From the NCBI GenBank assembly GCA_937995645.1, contig CALKJP010000068.1, forward strand, positions 1 to 52,339: a stretch of DNA of 52,339 nucleotides, in the 5' to 3' direction. Both the position numbers and the translations under genes were made by a program. The notes beneath the pieces are model-generated. The model searched no databases. It saw only the letters and a list, made by a program, of their open reading frames with translations, and was not told where the DNA came from. Shown in pieces: positions 9,196-18,733 of the stretch. How positions within the stretch are numbered: the stretch's first letter is position 1; every line of letters starts with the position of its first letter. Source of the stretch: an uncultured Bacteroidia bacterium (lineage in GTDB: Bacteria > Bacteroidota > Bacteroidia > JACCXN01).

Positions 9196-9199
9196 TATT

Positions 9200-12100
9200 A
9201 TGGATATCAAAAAAGATTTACAACAACGCATTTTAGTAATTGATGGTGCCATGGGCACCATGATACAGCGCTATAAATTACAAGAAGCAGATTACCGCGG
9301 AGAGCGTTTTAAAAACTGGCATAGCGATTTAAAAGGTAACAATGATTTACTTGTACTAACACAACCCGATATAATTAAAGAAATACATAAGCAATACATA
9401 TTAGCAGGTGCCGATATTATTGAAACTAACACCTTTAACGCACAAAAAATTTCATTAGCTGATTACCACATGGAAAATCTTGCTTATGAAATAAATCTGG
9501 AAGCCGCAAAAATTGCTAAACAAGCAGTAAATGAAGTTAAGAAAGAAAATATTTATATTGCAGGAGCCATTGGGCCAACTAACAGAACTTTGTCTCTCTC
9601 GCCCGATGTAAATAATCCCGGATATCGCGCCATAAAATGGGATGAATTAGTTGAGGCATATATCGAACAGGTAAACGGGTTAGTAGATGGCGGTGTAGAT
9701 TTGCTACTTGTAGAAACTATTTTTGATACTTTGAACGCGAAAGCAGCATTGTTTGCCATACAATCAGTATTTGAACAAAAAAACATGGAACTTCCGATAA
9801 TGATTTCGGGAACCATTACCGATGCCAGCGGAAGAACATTAAGCGGACAAACAGTTGAAGCATTTTTAAATTCGGTATCGCATGCAAATATTTTAAGTAT
9901 TGGTTTAAACTGTGCATTAGGAGCAAAAGATATGCGTCCTTACTTAAAAGAACTTTCAGAAAAAGCGCCATATTATATCAGTGCCTATCCCAATGCCGGT
10001 TTACCCAATCAGTTTGGAGAATATGATGAAACACCACATGACATGGCATGTCAAATTCACGATTTTTTAGAAAGTGGATTTGTAAATATTGTAGGCGGTT
10101 GTTGCGGAACAACGCCCGAACATATTGCACACATTGCAGAACATGCTCGCAATGCCAAACCAAGAGTAATACCTCAAATTGAACCCTATCTACGATTAAG
10201 CGGATTAGAAGCCGTAACATTAAGACCCGACAGTAATTTTATGAATATTGGAGAACGAACTAATGTTACCGGTTCTAAAAAATTTGCACGATTAATTCTC
10301 GAAGGAAAATATGATGAAGCACTTTCTGTTGCAAGAGAACAGGTAGAAGGCGGTGCACAGGTAATTGATATTTGCATGGATGAAGGGATGTTGGATGCTG
10401 TAGAAGCTATGACTACTTTTTTAAACTTAATTGCAGCAGAGCCTGATATATCGCGTGTTCCAATAATGATTGATTCATCAAAATTTCATGTAATTGAAGC
10501 CGGATTAAAATGTATTCAGGGGAAAGGAATTGTCAATTCAATTTCATTAAAAGAAGGTGAAGAAGAATTTATTCGTCAGGCTAAGCTGGTAAAAAAATAT
10601 GGTGCTGCAACCGTAGTAATGGCTTTTGATGAACAAGGACAGGCAGATACTTTGCAGCGCAGAATTGATATTTGCAAACGTGCTTATAATATATTGGTAA
10701 ATAAAGTTAAGTTTCCTCCGCAGGATATTATTTTCGACCCTAATATATTTCCAGTTGCGACAGGAATGGAAGAGCATCGCAAAAACGCTGTTGATTATTT
10801 TGAAGCTACACGTTGGATAAAACAAAATTTACCACTAGCAAAAGTTAGCGGTGGAGTGAGTAATGTTTCATTTTCGTTTAGAGGAAATGATTATGTAAGA
10901 GAAGCCATTCATTCGGCATTTTTATTTCATGGAATTAAAGCAGGAATGGATATGGGCATAGTTAATCCTTCGCAATTACAAGTGTATGATGAAATAGAGA
11001 AAGAATTGTTGGAATTGGTAGAAGATGTTTTGCTGGATAGAAAAGACGATGCTACAGAAAAATTAATTGCTTATGCAGAAAAAATAAAATCTCAAAAATA
11101 TAATACAAAGGATAAAGAAGAAGAAAAAAATGCATGGAGAAATTTATCGCTTCAAGAACGCATTACACATTCATTAGTAAAAGGTATTGATGAATATGTA
11201 GAAGTGGATATGCTTGAGGCATTAAGTGTTTATTCCGCACCATTAGAAATTATAGAAGGACCTTTAATGACCGGAATGAATGTGGTAGGAGACTTGTTTG
11301 GAAGCGGAAAAATGTTTTTACCACAGGTAGTTAAAAGTGCACGCGTAATGAAAAAAGCAGTAGCTTTTTTGCAACCATATATTGAGGAGGCGAAGAATAA
11401 GGTTGAAGAAGTGCACATAACACACCCCCTAACTCCCTCTATAGAGGGGGAAATAAATAATAGTGTAAATGTTTCTCATGAGGAGAAAATAAAAAGTAGT
11501 ATGGATAATTTTCAAAAAGGAGAAGAAAATGCTATTACAAACAATGATAAAGATTTGAGCAATAAAACTCCCCTCTTGAGAGGGGCCGGGGGTGTGTCAA
11601 AAAGAAAAATAATTCCATACAATCCAAAATTAAAAAAACTCGCAAGAGAATTAAGAAATAACCCTACTCAATCTGAAAAAATACTATGGAAAAAACTAAA
11701 AGGTAAATATGCCGGAAAATATGATTTTCATAGACAAAAACCCTTAGATAATTATATTGTTGATTTTTTCTGTTATGAATTGCAATTGGTGATTGAATTA
11801 GACGGAAAAACACATCACATTCAAGAGGTTTATGAAAAAGACATCGAGAAAGAAAATAAATTGAATGAATTAGGTTTGAATGTTCTTCGTTTAAAAGATG
11901 AACAAATAGCTACTCAACTTCCCGTTGTATTAAGATTTATTGATGCATATATAGAGTGTTACGAAAAAGGTGATTTAAGTGAATTGATGGGAGATAATTT
12001 GCCTTTAAATTGTTTGACGGGGAATGAAATTAACACACCCCCTACCCCCCTCTCAAGAGGGGGCAATATAACTACCCTTACAAATGGCCGGAATACAATT

Positions 12101-13723
12101 ATCCTCACAAAAGAAGGGAATACAGCTTCCATCTTAGAAGATGAGACTGAAACTCCAATTGCAAACAAGGGAATTGTAACACCATTATCAGAAGGAGTAT
12201 CAGAAACTTCTGCCTCAATCAAAGAAAATGAAACTCCCCTCTTGAGAGGGGCCGGGGGTGTGTCAAAAAACACTGCCGGTAAAATTTTATTAGCTACCGT
12301 AAAAGGCGATGTTCACGATATAGGCAAAAACATTGTGGCAGTAGTATTGGGTTGCAATAATTATGAAATAATTGATTTGGGAGTAATGGTTCCTGCAGAA
12401 AAAATTCTGGAAACAGCCCGAAAAGAAAACGTTGATATTATTGGTTTAAGCGGATTAATAACACCTTCGTTAGACGAAATGGTTTATGTAGCCAAAGAAA
12501 TGGAGCGGCAAAATTTTAATATTCCGTTGTTAATTGGTGGCGCAACTACCTCTAAAGTACATACCGCAGTTAAAATAGAACCTAATTATACAAAAGGACC
12601 TGTAGTACATGTGTTAGATGCTTCACGCTCAGTACCTGTTGCGGGCAGTTTATTAAATAACGAAAAAGAAGAATTTGTTAAGGGCGTAAAAGATGAATAT
12701 GCTAAAATGCGTGAACACTACAGTAAACATAAAGATTCAAAAAACTATATAAGCTTAGTAAATGCACGCAAAAATAAATTTCCTATTGTTTGGAATCAAA
12801 ACGATGTTATAACACCAAAAAAAATAGGGGTAACAGTTTTTGACCATATAGATTTATCAGTTTTAAAAAATTATATTGATTGGACACCCTTTTTCCAAAC
12901 ATGGGAGCTTGCCGGAAAATTCCCGAAAATATTAGAAGACGAAATTGTAGGAGCTGAAGCAAAAAAACTTTATGCAGATGCAGGTAAAATGTTAAATAAA
13001 ATAATTTCCGAAAAATGGATTTCTGCAAAAGCTGTTATTGGCTTATTCCCGGCTAATACCGTAAACGATGATGATATTGAAATTTATGCAGACGAAAACA
13101 GAAATGAAGTAATTGCCATCAATCATAATTTACGTCAACAAACACAAAAAGCTCAGGGAGCATATAACATGTGCCTTGCTGATTTTATAGCGCCTAAAGA
13201 AAGTGGTATAAAAGATTATATGGGAGCTTTTGTGGTAACAGCCGGAATAGGTATTGAAAAATGGATTGAAAAATTTGAAAGAGAACATGATGATTACAGC
13301 AGTATATTACTAAAAGCCTTAGCAGATAGATTAGCCGAAGCACTGGCAGAATATATGCACGAGCAGGTAAGAAAAGAATACTGGGGTTATGCAAGCAATG
13401 AAAATTTGGATAATGAATCGTTAATTAAAGAAAAATATCAAGGCATACGTCCTGCTCCGGGCTATCCGGCATGCCCCGACCACACAGAGAAAATAACACT
13501 GTTTAAGTTATTAAATGCAGAAAAAAATACAGGTGTTAAATTAACCGAAAGTTTAGCCATGTATCCGGCAGCATCGGTTAGTGGCTGGTATTTTGCACAT
13601 CCGCAATCGCAATATTTTGGTATCGGAAAAATAGAAAAAGATCAGGTATCAGATATTGCAAAAAGAAAAAACAAATCTTTAGACGAAATGGAGCGTTGGT
13701 TATCTTCTAATCTAAATTATTAA
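9200..13723 (+). CDS. metH: cobalamin-dependent methionine synthase carrying a roughly 286-codon in-frame insertion
   Basis: All MetH modules are present and colinear: Hcy-binding ([13 protein letters not shown]), pterin-binding ([15 protein letters not shown]), cap ([17 protein letters not shown]), B12-binding ([13 protein letters not shown], DxHxxG) and the AdoMet activation domain ([11 protein letters not shown]). The ORF track starts at TTG 9182; ATG 9200 ([16 protein letters not shown]) is more likely. Confidence 0.95.
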   Translation: MDIKKDLQQRILVIDGAMGTMIQRYKLQEADYRGERFKNWHSDLKGNNDLLVLTQPDIIKEIHKQYILAGADIIETNTFNAQKISLADYHMENLAYEINLEAAKIAKQAVNEVKKENIYIAGAIGPTNRTLSLSPDVNNPGYRAIKWDELVEAYIEQVNGLVDGGVDLLLVETIFDTLNAKAALFAIQSVFEQKNMELPIMISGTITDASGRTLSGQTVEAFLNSVSHANILSIGLNCALGAKDMRPYLKELSEKAPYYISAYPNAGLPNQFGEYDETPHDMACQIHDFLESGFVNIVGGCCGTTPEHIAHIAEHARNAKPRVIPQIEPYLRLSGLEAVTLRPDSNFMNIGERTNVTGSKKFARLILEGKYDEALSVAREQVEGGAQVIDICMDEGMLDAVEAMTTFLNLIAAEPDISRVPIMIDSSKFHVIEAGLKCIQGKGIVNSISLKEGEEEFIRQAKLVKKYGAATVVMAFDEQGQADTLQRRIDICKRAYNILVNKVKFPPQDIIFDPNIFPVATGMEEHRKNAVDYFEATRWIKQNLPLAKVSGGVSNVSFSFRGNDYVREAIHSAFLFHGIKAGMDMGIVNPSQLQVYDEIEKELLELVEDVLLDRKDDATEKLIAYAEKIKSQKYNTKDKEEEKNAWRNLSLQERITHSLVKGIDEYVEVDMLEALSVYSAPLEIIEGPLMTGMNVVGDLFGSGKMFLPQVVKSARVMKKAVAFLQPYIEEAKNKVEEVHITHPLTPSIEGEINNSVNVSHEEKIKSSMDNFQKGEENAITNNDKDLSNKTPLLRGAGGVSKRKIIPYNPKLKKLARELRNNPTQSEKILWKKLKGKYAGKYDFHRQKPLDNYIVDFFCYELQLVIELDGKTHHIQEVYEKDIEKENKLNELGLNVLRLKDEQIATQLPVVLRFIDAYIECYEKGDLSELMGDNLPLNCLTGNEINTPPTPLSRGGNITTLTNGRNTIILTKEGNTASILEDETETPIANKGIVTPLSEGVSETSASIKENETPLLRGAGGVSKNTAGKILLATVKGDVHDIGKNIVAVVLGCNNYEIIDLGVMVPAEKILETARKENVDIIGLSGLITPSLDEMVYVAKEMERQNFNIPLLIGGATTSKVHTAVKIEPNYTKGPVVHVLDASRSVPVAGSLLNNEKEEFVKGVKDEYAKMREHYSKHKDSKNYISLVNARKNKFPIVWNQNDVITPKKIGVTVFDHIDLSVLKNYIDWTPFFQTWELAGKFPKILEDEIVGAEAKKLYADAGKMLNKIISEKWISAKAVIGLFPANTVNDDDIEIYADENRNEVIAINHNLRQQTQKAQGAYNMCLADFIAPKESGIKDYMGAFVVTAGIGIEKWIEKFEREHDDYSSILLKALADRLAEALAEYMHEQVRKEYWGYASNENLDNESLIKEKYQGIRPAPGYPACPDHTEKITLFKLLNAEKNTGVKLTESLAMYPAASVSGWYFAHPQSQYFGIGKIEKDQVSDIAKRKNKSLDEMERWLSSNLNY
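11420..11450 (+). repeat. GC-rich palindromic unit R1 (forward type)
   Basis: ACACACCCCCTAACTCCCTCTATAGAGGGGG, containing the perfect palindrome CCCTCTATAGAGGG. Confidence 0.8.
11567..11597 (-). repeat. GC-rich palindromic unit R2 (reverse type)
   Basis: ACTCCCCTCTTGAGAGGGGCCGGGGGTGTGT. Its reverse complement aligns with R1 and R3. It lies within a 39-nt stretch identical to the one around R4. Confidence 0.85.
12033..12063 (+). repeat. GC-rich palindromic unit R3 (forward type)
   Basis: ACACACCCCCTACCCCCCTCTCAAGAGGGGG. Confidence 0.85.
12233..12263 (-). repeat. GC-rich palindromic unit R4 (reverse type)
   Basis: ACTCCCCTCTTGAGAGGGGCCGGGGGTGTGT, identical to R2. The shared flank AAACT...GTCAAAAA extends the identity to 39 nt. 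Confidence 0.85.
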
Positions 13724-13726
13724 ACT

Positions 13727-14653
13727 TTATTTTAGTTTAAGCACATCCCCTATTTTAGGCTGATAATCGAAGGGTAAATTGTTTAGTTTATATAAGCGTT
13801 TTAGTTTTATTCCATGCATTTGAGAAATGCTTCGCATGGTTTCTCCTTTGGTGATAGTGTGTGTTGCTACATCGCCTTTTCTTCGTTTGGGTTGTAAGTA
13901 AATTAATTCTCCTTCTTTACAAATATCAGATTTTTCTAAATCATTGTATTTGTAAATTTGCCATAATCCCATTTCGTATCTGTGAGCAATTTTATAGTAG
14001 GTGTCACCTTTTTGTGCTACAATATAGCGTATGTTGTTTTTAGTGGAAAATTCATAGTTTTTTCTTTCAGGTTTTTTAGAACTTATACTGCTTTTAGCAT
14101 GAAGCGATTTAGGCAACTCATCTAACTTATCAAATAGATACAGCTCATTTTTTTCAATAATTTCAATTAATAATTCGGCATATTTGGGGTGTGTAGCATA
14201 GCCTGCTTTCTTTAATCCATAAGCCCATCCTTTGTAATCTGTTATTTTCAAGTCAAAAAGTTCTGCATACCATTTTCTTCCTTTTAAAAAAAGAGAATGA
14301 TCTCTGTATGATTCATCCGCATCGCTGTATTTTCTAAAGCATTCGTTTTTTTCATCATCATCTTGTATAAAGGTTGGTCCATCCCATTCTTTATGACATT
14401 TAATTCCAAAATGATTTTTTGCATATTTTGCAAGCGGACTATTACCATCGCCCGATTCTAATATGCCTTGAGCTAATTTAATACTGGCTGGGATATTAAA
14501 CTCCAACATTTCGCGTATGGCTATATCTTTATATTTTTGAATATATTCCTCTCTGGATATGCGCGTTTCAGAAGGCTGTGCAATTACACTTATAGGCAAT
14601 TTAAATGTAATTAAAAATAATAAGATGATGATATATATAGTATTTAAGCGCAT
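13727..14653 (-). CDS. secreted peptidoglycan hydrolase: glucosaminidase domain plus two LysM domains
   Basis: 308 aa with a signal peptide. Glucosaminidase block SIKLAQGILESGDGNSPLAKYAKNHFGIKC. Two C-terminal LysM repeats (YIVAQKGDTYYKIAHRYEMGLWQIYKYN..., HTITKGETMRSISQMHGIKLKRLYKLN...). Confidence 0.85.
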   Translation of the reverse strand: MRLNTIYIIILLFLITFKLPISVIAQPSETRISREEYIQKYKDIAIREMLEFNIPASIKLAQGILESGDGNSPLAKYAKNHFGIKCHKEWDGPTFIQDDDEKNECFRKYSDADESYRDHSLFLKGRKWYAELFDLKITDYKGWAYGLKKAGYATHPKYAELLIEIIEKNELYLFDKLDELPKSLHAKSSISSKKPERKNYEFSTKNNIRYIVAQKGDTYYKIAHRYEMGLWQIYKYNDLEKSDICKEGELIYLQPKRRKGDVATHTITKGETMRSISQMHGIKLKRLYKLNNLPFDYQPKIGDVLKLK

Positions 14654-14742
14654 GTTTTAATAACAACTTAGGACAAAAATAGCGGTTAAATATTTTGTTT
14701 TTACCTCTTATCAATTGAGTTTTTAACATGTAGTCGTGAAAA

Positions 14743-14773
14743 CAGATAAGCCTCCTTTAAGGAGGCTTATCTG
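14743..14773 (-). terminator. rho-independent terminator hairpin
   Basis: CAGATAAGCCTCC-TTTAA-GGAGGCTTATCTG, a perfect 13-bp stem immediately after the stop of ORF 14775..15194. TTTTC follows on the minus strand. Confidence 0.65.
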
Positions 14774-14774
14774 G

Positions 14775-15194
14775 CTAGTTATTGGCTTTTTTTCTTGCTT
14801 TTTTTGCTTCTTTTTCTTTTTGCTTAGCTTTCTTTTCCAGCTTTTTCTTCTTCTTCTCTTCTTTTTCCTTTTTCTTTTCTTTTTTTTCTTTTTTAGCTTC
14901 TTTCTTTTCTTTCTTGTCTTTTTTATCCTGTTTTTTTTCTTTCTTCTTCTTTTTCTCTTTTTTCTTTTCCTTTTTTTCCTTCTTCTCTTTCTTTTCTTTT
15001 TTCTCCTGTTCTTTTTTCTTTTTCTCGGCCTTTTCTTTTTCTTCCTGTTCTTTTTTTAGTTGTTCAGGTGTTTTTTGTTGCACATTTTTTCCTTGGCTTT
15101 GCCCTTGAGTGGGGGCATTCCCTGTTTGTTTGTTTTGTGCCATTCCTGCAAGGCTAAAACAAATAAGGCTAATTATTAAGATGATTTTTTGCAT
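14775..15194 (-). CDS. secreted low-complexity Lys/Glu-rich protein
   Basis: 139 aa: signal peptide MQKIILIISLICFSLAGMAQ, a Q/G-rich linker, then about 95 residues that are almost only K and E (KKEKKEKKEKKEKKKEKKKKKEKK...). The two plus-strand ORFs here are antisense artefacts. Confidence 0.6.
   Translation of the reverse strand: MQKIILIISLICFSLAGMAQNKQTGNAPTQGQSQGKNVQQKTPEQLKKEQEEKEKAEKKKKEQEKKEKKEKKEKKEKKKEKKKKKEKKQDKKDKKEKKEAKKEKKEKKKEKEEKKKKKLEKKAKQKEKEAKKARKKANN
14786..15060. repeat. long homopurine/homopyrimidine tract (coding for the K/E repeat)
   Basis: The plus strand is almost entirely C/T for about 270 nt (cttttt/cttctt-type units). Confidence 0.8.
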
Positions 15195-15251
15195 GTTAGA
15201 TTATTTATTATTTCAAATATACATTTTTAAAAATAGAAGTTAAATTTAAAT

Positions 15252-16325
15252 TTAAAATTTAAGACTAAATTTTTGTGCTAATTCCTTAAGGTCGTTTACA
15301 ACAGGTTCTAATAAGGGTATTCCGTTTTTTAATCGTTCTTGCTGCATTTCCATTTCGGGTTCACCGGGAATGATGACTCGTTTATTGCCTTCTGAAACTT
15401 TTGCATTTTTAAAAGTTCGTATCCAATTATCCATGTGCGTTTTAAATTCTGCTCCATCACGAAATGCATCAATGCGCATAGCTCCAAAAAAGTGACCTAA
15501 TCCTTTACCCACAGAATTTTCACTTGGTTTTAAAAATGCGACAAATGGGGGTACCCAAGGGCCGTAATTTGCTCCCGATAAAACAGCTGAAAAAATATCA
15601 ACAACAGCTCCTAATCCATATCCTTTATGACTTCCATGTTCCCTGTCGCCACCTAAAGGTAAAAGCGCGCCTCCTTCTTTTGCAGCATTGGCATTTGTTG
15701 TTGTAACACCGTTTTTATCTTGAACCCATCCTAATGGTGCATTCATATTTTTTCTTTGTAAAATTTCCAGTTTGCCATTTGCAGCGGTAGTTGTAGCCAT
15801 ATCTAAAACAAATGGTGATTCTTTTCCCGCGGGTATTGCAATAGAAATAGGATTGGTACCTAATAAGCGCTCGGTTGAAAATGTTGGAGCAACCAATGGC
15901 GATGCGTTGGTCATTGAAATACCAATCATATCATGTTCTAAAGCCATCATAGCGTGATATCCGGCAATGCCATAGTGATTGGAATTTTCTACGGCAACCC
16001 AACCAGTACCTACTTGTTTTGCTTTTTCAATAGCAATTTTCATGGCAAAGGGCGCTGCTACAAGGCCTAATGCAGCATCAGCATCTACTACTGCTGTTGA
16101 TGGGCTTTCGTGAATTATTTTAAGCTGAGGTGCAGTATTTATTCTTTTTGCTTCCCATAATCTTACATAACCGCTTAGACGAGCAATACCATGCGAATCA
16201 ATTCCTCTTAAATCGGCACTCAGTAATACTTCTGTTGCAATCGCTGCATCAGAATTGCTGCATCCCATTTTTTGAAATATGTTGCAGGTGAAAGTTCTTA
16301 ATTCTTCGTAGCTATAGTGCTGCAT
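15252..16325 (-). CDS. Ldh_2 family (malate/L-lactate/ureidoglycolate-type) NAD(P)H oxidoreductase
   Basis: 357 aa with family motifs [25 protein letters not shown] and GSHKGYGLG. Confidence 0.85.
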   Translation of the reverse strand: MQHYSYEELRTFTCNIFQKMGCSNSDAAIATEVLLSADLRGIDSHGIARLSGYVRLWEAKRINTAPQLKIIHESPSTAVVDADAALGLVAAPFAMKIAIEKAKQVGTGWVAVENSNHYGIAGYHAMMALEHDMIGISMTNASPLVAPTFSTERLLGTNPISIAIPAGKESPFVLDMATTTAANGKLEILQRKNMNAPLGWVQDKNGVTTTNANAAKEGGALLPLGGDREHGSHKGYGLGAVVDIFSAVLSGANYGPWVPPFVAFLKPSENSVGKGLGHFFGAMRIDAFRDGAEFKTHMDNWIRTFKNAKVSEGNKRVIIPGEPEMEMQQERLKNGIPLLEPVVNDLKELAQKFSLKF

Positions 16326-16370
16326 GGATATTTTGATTTAATTTTGCAAACCTATCAATATTCTTGCAGC

Positions 16371-17090
16371 TTGAAAAAAGTAAAAGCATTTTTTAAAAAA
16401 CTTTTTAACTGGTGCTTAAAGGCAGCATTGGTGTTTTTAATATCTTCTGTTTTAGTAACTATTTTGTACAGATGGTTGCCTGTTTATGCAACTCCCTTAA
16501 TGTTTATCAGAAGTTTTGAGCAATTGATAGATGGAGCAGATTTGAAATGGAAGAAAAACTGGGAGAATAAAGAAAATATTTCACCTTATTTACAATTAGC
16601 AGTTGTTGCTTCTGAAGATCAAAATTTTTTAAAACACCATGGGTTCGATTTTAAAGCTATTGAAAAAGCCATGGAACATAATAAAAAGAAAGGTAGAAAA
16701 ACTACTCGTGGAGCAAGTACCATTAGTCAGCAAACTGCAAAAAATGTTTTTTTGTGGCCTCAGCGTAGTTGGATTCGTAAAGGCTTTGAAGTTTATTTTA
16801 CTTTTTTAATTGAACTTTTTTGGAATAAAGAACGCATACTGGAAGTGTATTTAAATGTGATTGAAATGGGCGATGGCATATATGGTGCAGAAGCGGCATC
16901 GCAAATTTATTTTAAAAAATCTGCTAAAAAATTAACAAAAGAAGAGGCTGCACTATTAGCTGCAATTTTACCTAATCCTAGAAAATATTCGGCAGTAAAT
17001 CCTTCGTCATACATCAGAGGTCGGCAGCAGTGGATTTTAAAGCAAATGCGCAATTTTGGCGGAAAACTCGATTTTGAAAACTATAATTAA
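16371..17090 (+). CDS. mtgA: monofunctional biosynthetic peptidoglycan transglycosylase
   Basis: GT51 motifs [27 protein letters not shown] and the N-terminal TM helix [16 protein letters not shown]. The ORF-track start at 16317 overlaps the divergent gene, so the TTG at 16371 ([10 protein letters not shown]) is chosen. The start remains uncertain. Confidence 0.8.
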   Translation: MKKVKAFFKKLFNWCLKAALVFLISSVLVTILYRWLPVYATPLMFIRSFEQLIDGADLKWKKNWENKENISPYLQLAVVASEDQNFLKHHGFDFKAIEKAMEHNKKKGRKTTRGASTISQQTAKNVFLWPQRSWIRKGFEVYFTFLIELFWNKERILEVYLNVIEMGDGIYGAEAASQIYFKKSAKKLTKEEAALLAAILPNPRKYSAVNPSSYIRGRQQWILKQMRNFGGKLDFENYN

Positions 17091-18190
17091 TATACAATTT
17101 CAGGATTGCCTAATACCGATAAAATTGCTTTTGCTTTTAACAGGCATTCTTCATATTCTTTTTCTGCATCGGAATGTATGGTAATGGCGCTACCTACCAT
17201 AAACGATAAATAACCGGTGTCAGCATTGTATTGAATACTACGAATAACTACATTTAAATCAAAATCGCCATTAGGCATCATAATTCCAACCGAACCGGAA
17301 TACATCCCTCTTTTGCTTGATTCGAATTCATCAATCAGTTTCATAGCGCTTATTTTAGGAGCACCAGTCATAGAACCCATAGGAAAAGTTGCTCTTAAAA
17401 GTTTTTCAAACGAAACGCCATCTTTTATAATACATGAGACGGTTGAAATCATTTGATGCCATTGCGGAAAGCTGTAAATGCCAAATAATTCATCTACTTT
17501 TACGCTACCTTTTTTAGCAATACGCGACAAATCATTTCGCACTAAATCAACTATCATTACATTTTCGCTTTGTTCTTTACTGCTGTTTTTTAACTCTTCT
17601 TTTAAACGCATATCTTCATCATTAGTCAGTCCTCTTTTAATAGTTCCTTTAATTGGTTGCGATAGCAATTTGTTGTTGGTTTTCTTTAAGAAACGCTCAG
17701 GTGAGGCGCACAACAAATACTTGCTTTGATGTTTTACAAAACATGAAAAAGGCATGGGAGAAATTTCTATCAGTTTTTGATATAACTCAAATGGATTGAT
17801 TTTTACATCTTCTGCAAAAAATTCCATGCAAAAATTTACCTCATAAATATTGCCTTGTTGAATATGTTGTTTTAAGATATTTACTTTTTCGATGTATAAA
17901 TTTTTGCTTTCTCGTGTTTTTATTGATTTTAAAGGAGAATGAGATGTTTTTTCTAAAGATAGATTATGTGTTTTAGTTAAGTTGATTCGATGAATTTTGT
18001 CATCCCATTTTATTCCGTCAAAATTAGTCGAATGTAATTTTTCAAATTTATTTTTTATGTCGTAAGGAATTAAAAGCAGCTCTAAGTTTTCCTGATTGTG
18101 AGGAATAAAACTATTCCATACGCTACAATCAGGAATATGCAGAATCGTGGATTTATCTTTAGTAGAATAAAATAATGCCATTAACTGCAA
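17087..18190 (-). CDS. pabB: aminodeoxychorismate synthase component I / chorismate-binding enzyme
   Basis: 367 aa. C-terminal chorismate-binding motifs [32 protein letters not shown] and [16 protein letters not shown]. Confidence 0.75.
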   Translation of the reverse strand: MQLMALFYSTKDKSTILHIPDCSVWNSFIPHNQENLELLLIPYDIKNKFEKLHSTNFDGIKWDDKIHRINLTKTHNLSLEKTSHSPLKSIKTRESKNLYIEKVNILKQHIQQGNIYEVNFCMEFFAEDVKINPFELYQKLIEISPMPFSCFVKHQSKYLLCASPERFLKKTNNKLLSQPIKGTIKRGLTNDEDMRLKEELKNSSKEQSENVMIVDLVRNDLSRIAKKGSVKVDELFGIYSFPQWHQMISTVSCIIKDGVSFEKLLRATFPMGSMTGAPKISAMKLIDEFESSKRGMYSGSVGIMMPNGDFDLNVVIRSIQYNADTGYLSFMVGSAITIHSDAEKEYEECLLKAKAILSVLGNPEIVY

Positions 18191-18209
18191 AGGTAATTAA
18201 TACCAGCAA

Positions 18210-18620
18210 TTAATTGCGTTCGTATTTTTCGCCTCTTTGTTCCGGTTTATAGGAAATAAAAAAGTTAATCCACACCATGCGCGAAAGGCGAAACATAATA
18301 GGCGAAAAGGCAAACAAACCCAGCATGTTTATTATTAAATAATGCAAGGTGTTAAATTCATATTTAAACAACAAAGAAAAAACATAATAAGCCACAAATA
18401 CAGCCACACTAAAAGCAACTGTTAATGCATAGCTTACATACATGGCACCGTAAAAGAAACCGGGTTCTTGTTCGTATTTTAATCCACAATGAGCACAATG
18501 AGAATGTGATTTCATAAAACCGGCTTTACAAGGAGATTTATTTATAAATACATTGGTTTCATGGCATCTTGGACAGCGATTTTTAAAAATGCTGTAAAAC
18601 ATATTCCCTTTTGGTATCAT
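18210..18620 (-). CDS. DUF983 family membrane protein
   Basis: 136 aa. Zinc-ribbon-like CPRC...CAHCG followed by EQEPGFFYGAMYVSYAL and TM helices. Confidence 0.7.
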   Translation of the reverse strand: MIPKGNMFYSIFKNRCPRCHETNVFINKSPCKAGFMKSHSHCAHCGLKYEQEPGFFYGAMYVSYALTVAFSVAVFVAYYVFSLLFKYEFNTLHYLIINMLGLFAFSPIMFRLSRMVWINFFISYKPEQRGEKYERN

Positions 18621-18733
18621 ACTTATCTTTTTGCAAAGTTATATTTTAAAAAATATTAGATATGTAACAAAAGTTACACGAAAATGGTTTTAAAGTCTAT
18701 TGATTTCAATATTTAGAGCTAAATTTGCATCCT

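Larger units (their letters stand above)
11414..12271 (+). mobile_element. in-frame insertion in metH: DUF559/Vsr-like endonuclease module flanked by GC-rich palindromic repeats
   Basis: The extra block lies between ...[13 protein letters not shown] and [18 protein letters not shown]. Its centre reads [75 protein letters not shown], a typical DUF559 sequence. There is no stop codon across 858 nt. Confidence 0.65.

Noticed and set aside
11414-12271. The metH insertion as an intein
   Set aside because: No Hint-domain blocks are visible. There is no Cys/Ser at the N-junction, no TxxH block B, and no terminal His-Asn (the junction reads ...VSKN/TAGK). The embedded module is DUF559/Vsr-like, not LAGLIDADG or HNH within a Hint fold.
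14736-15108. Plus-strand ORFs 14736..15059 and 14782..15108 (F/L/S-rich 'proteins')
   Set aside because: They are antisense and frame-shifted readings of the homopurine tract that encodes the K/E-rich protein on the minus strand. They are pure low complexity with no start context.
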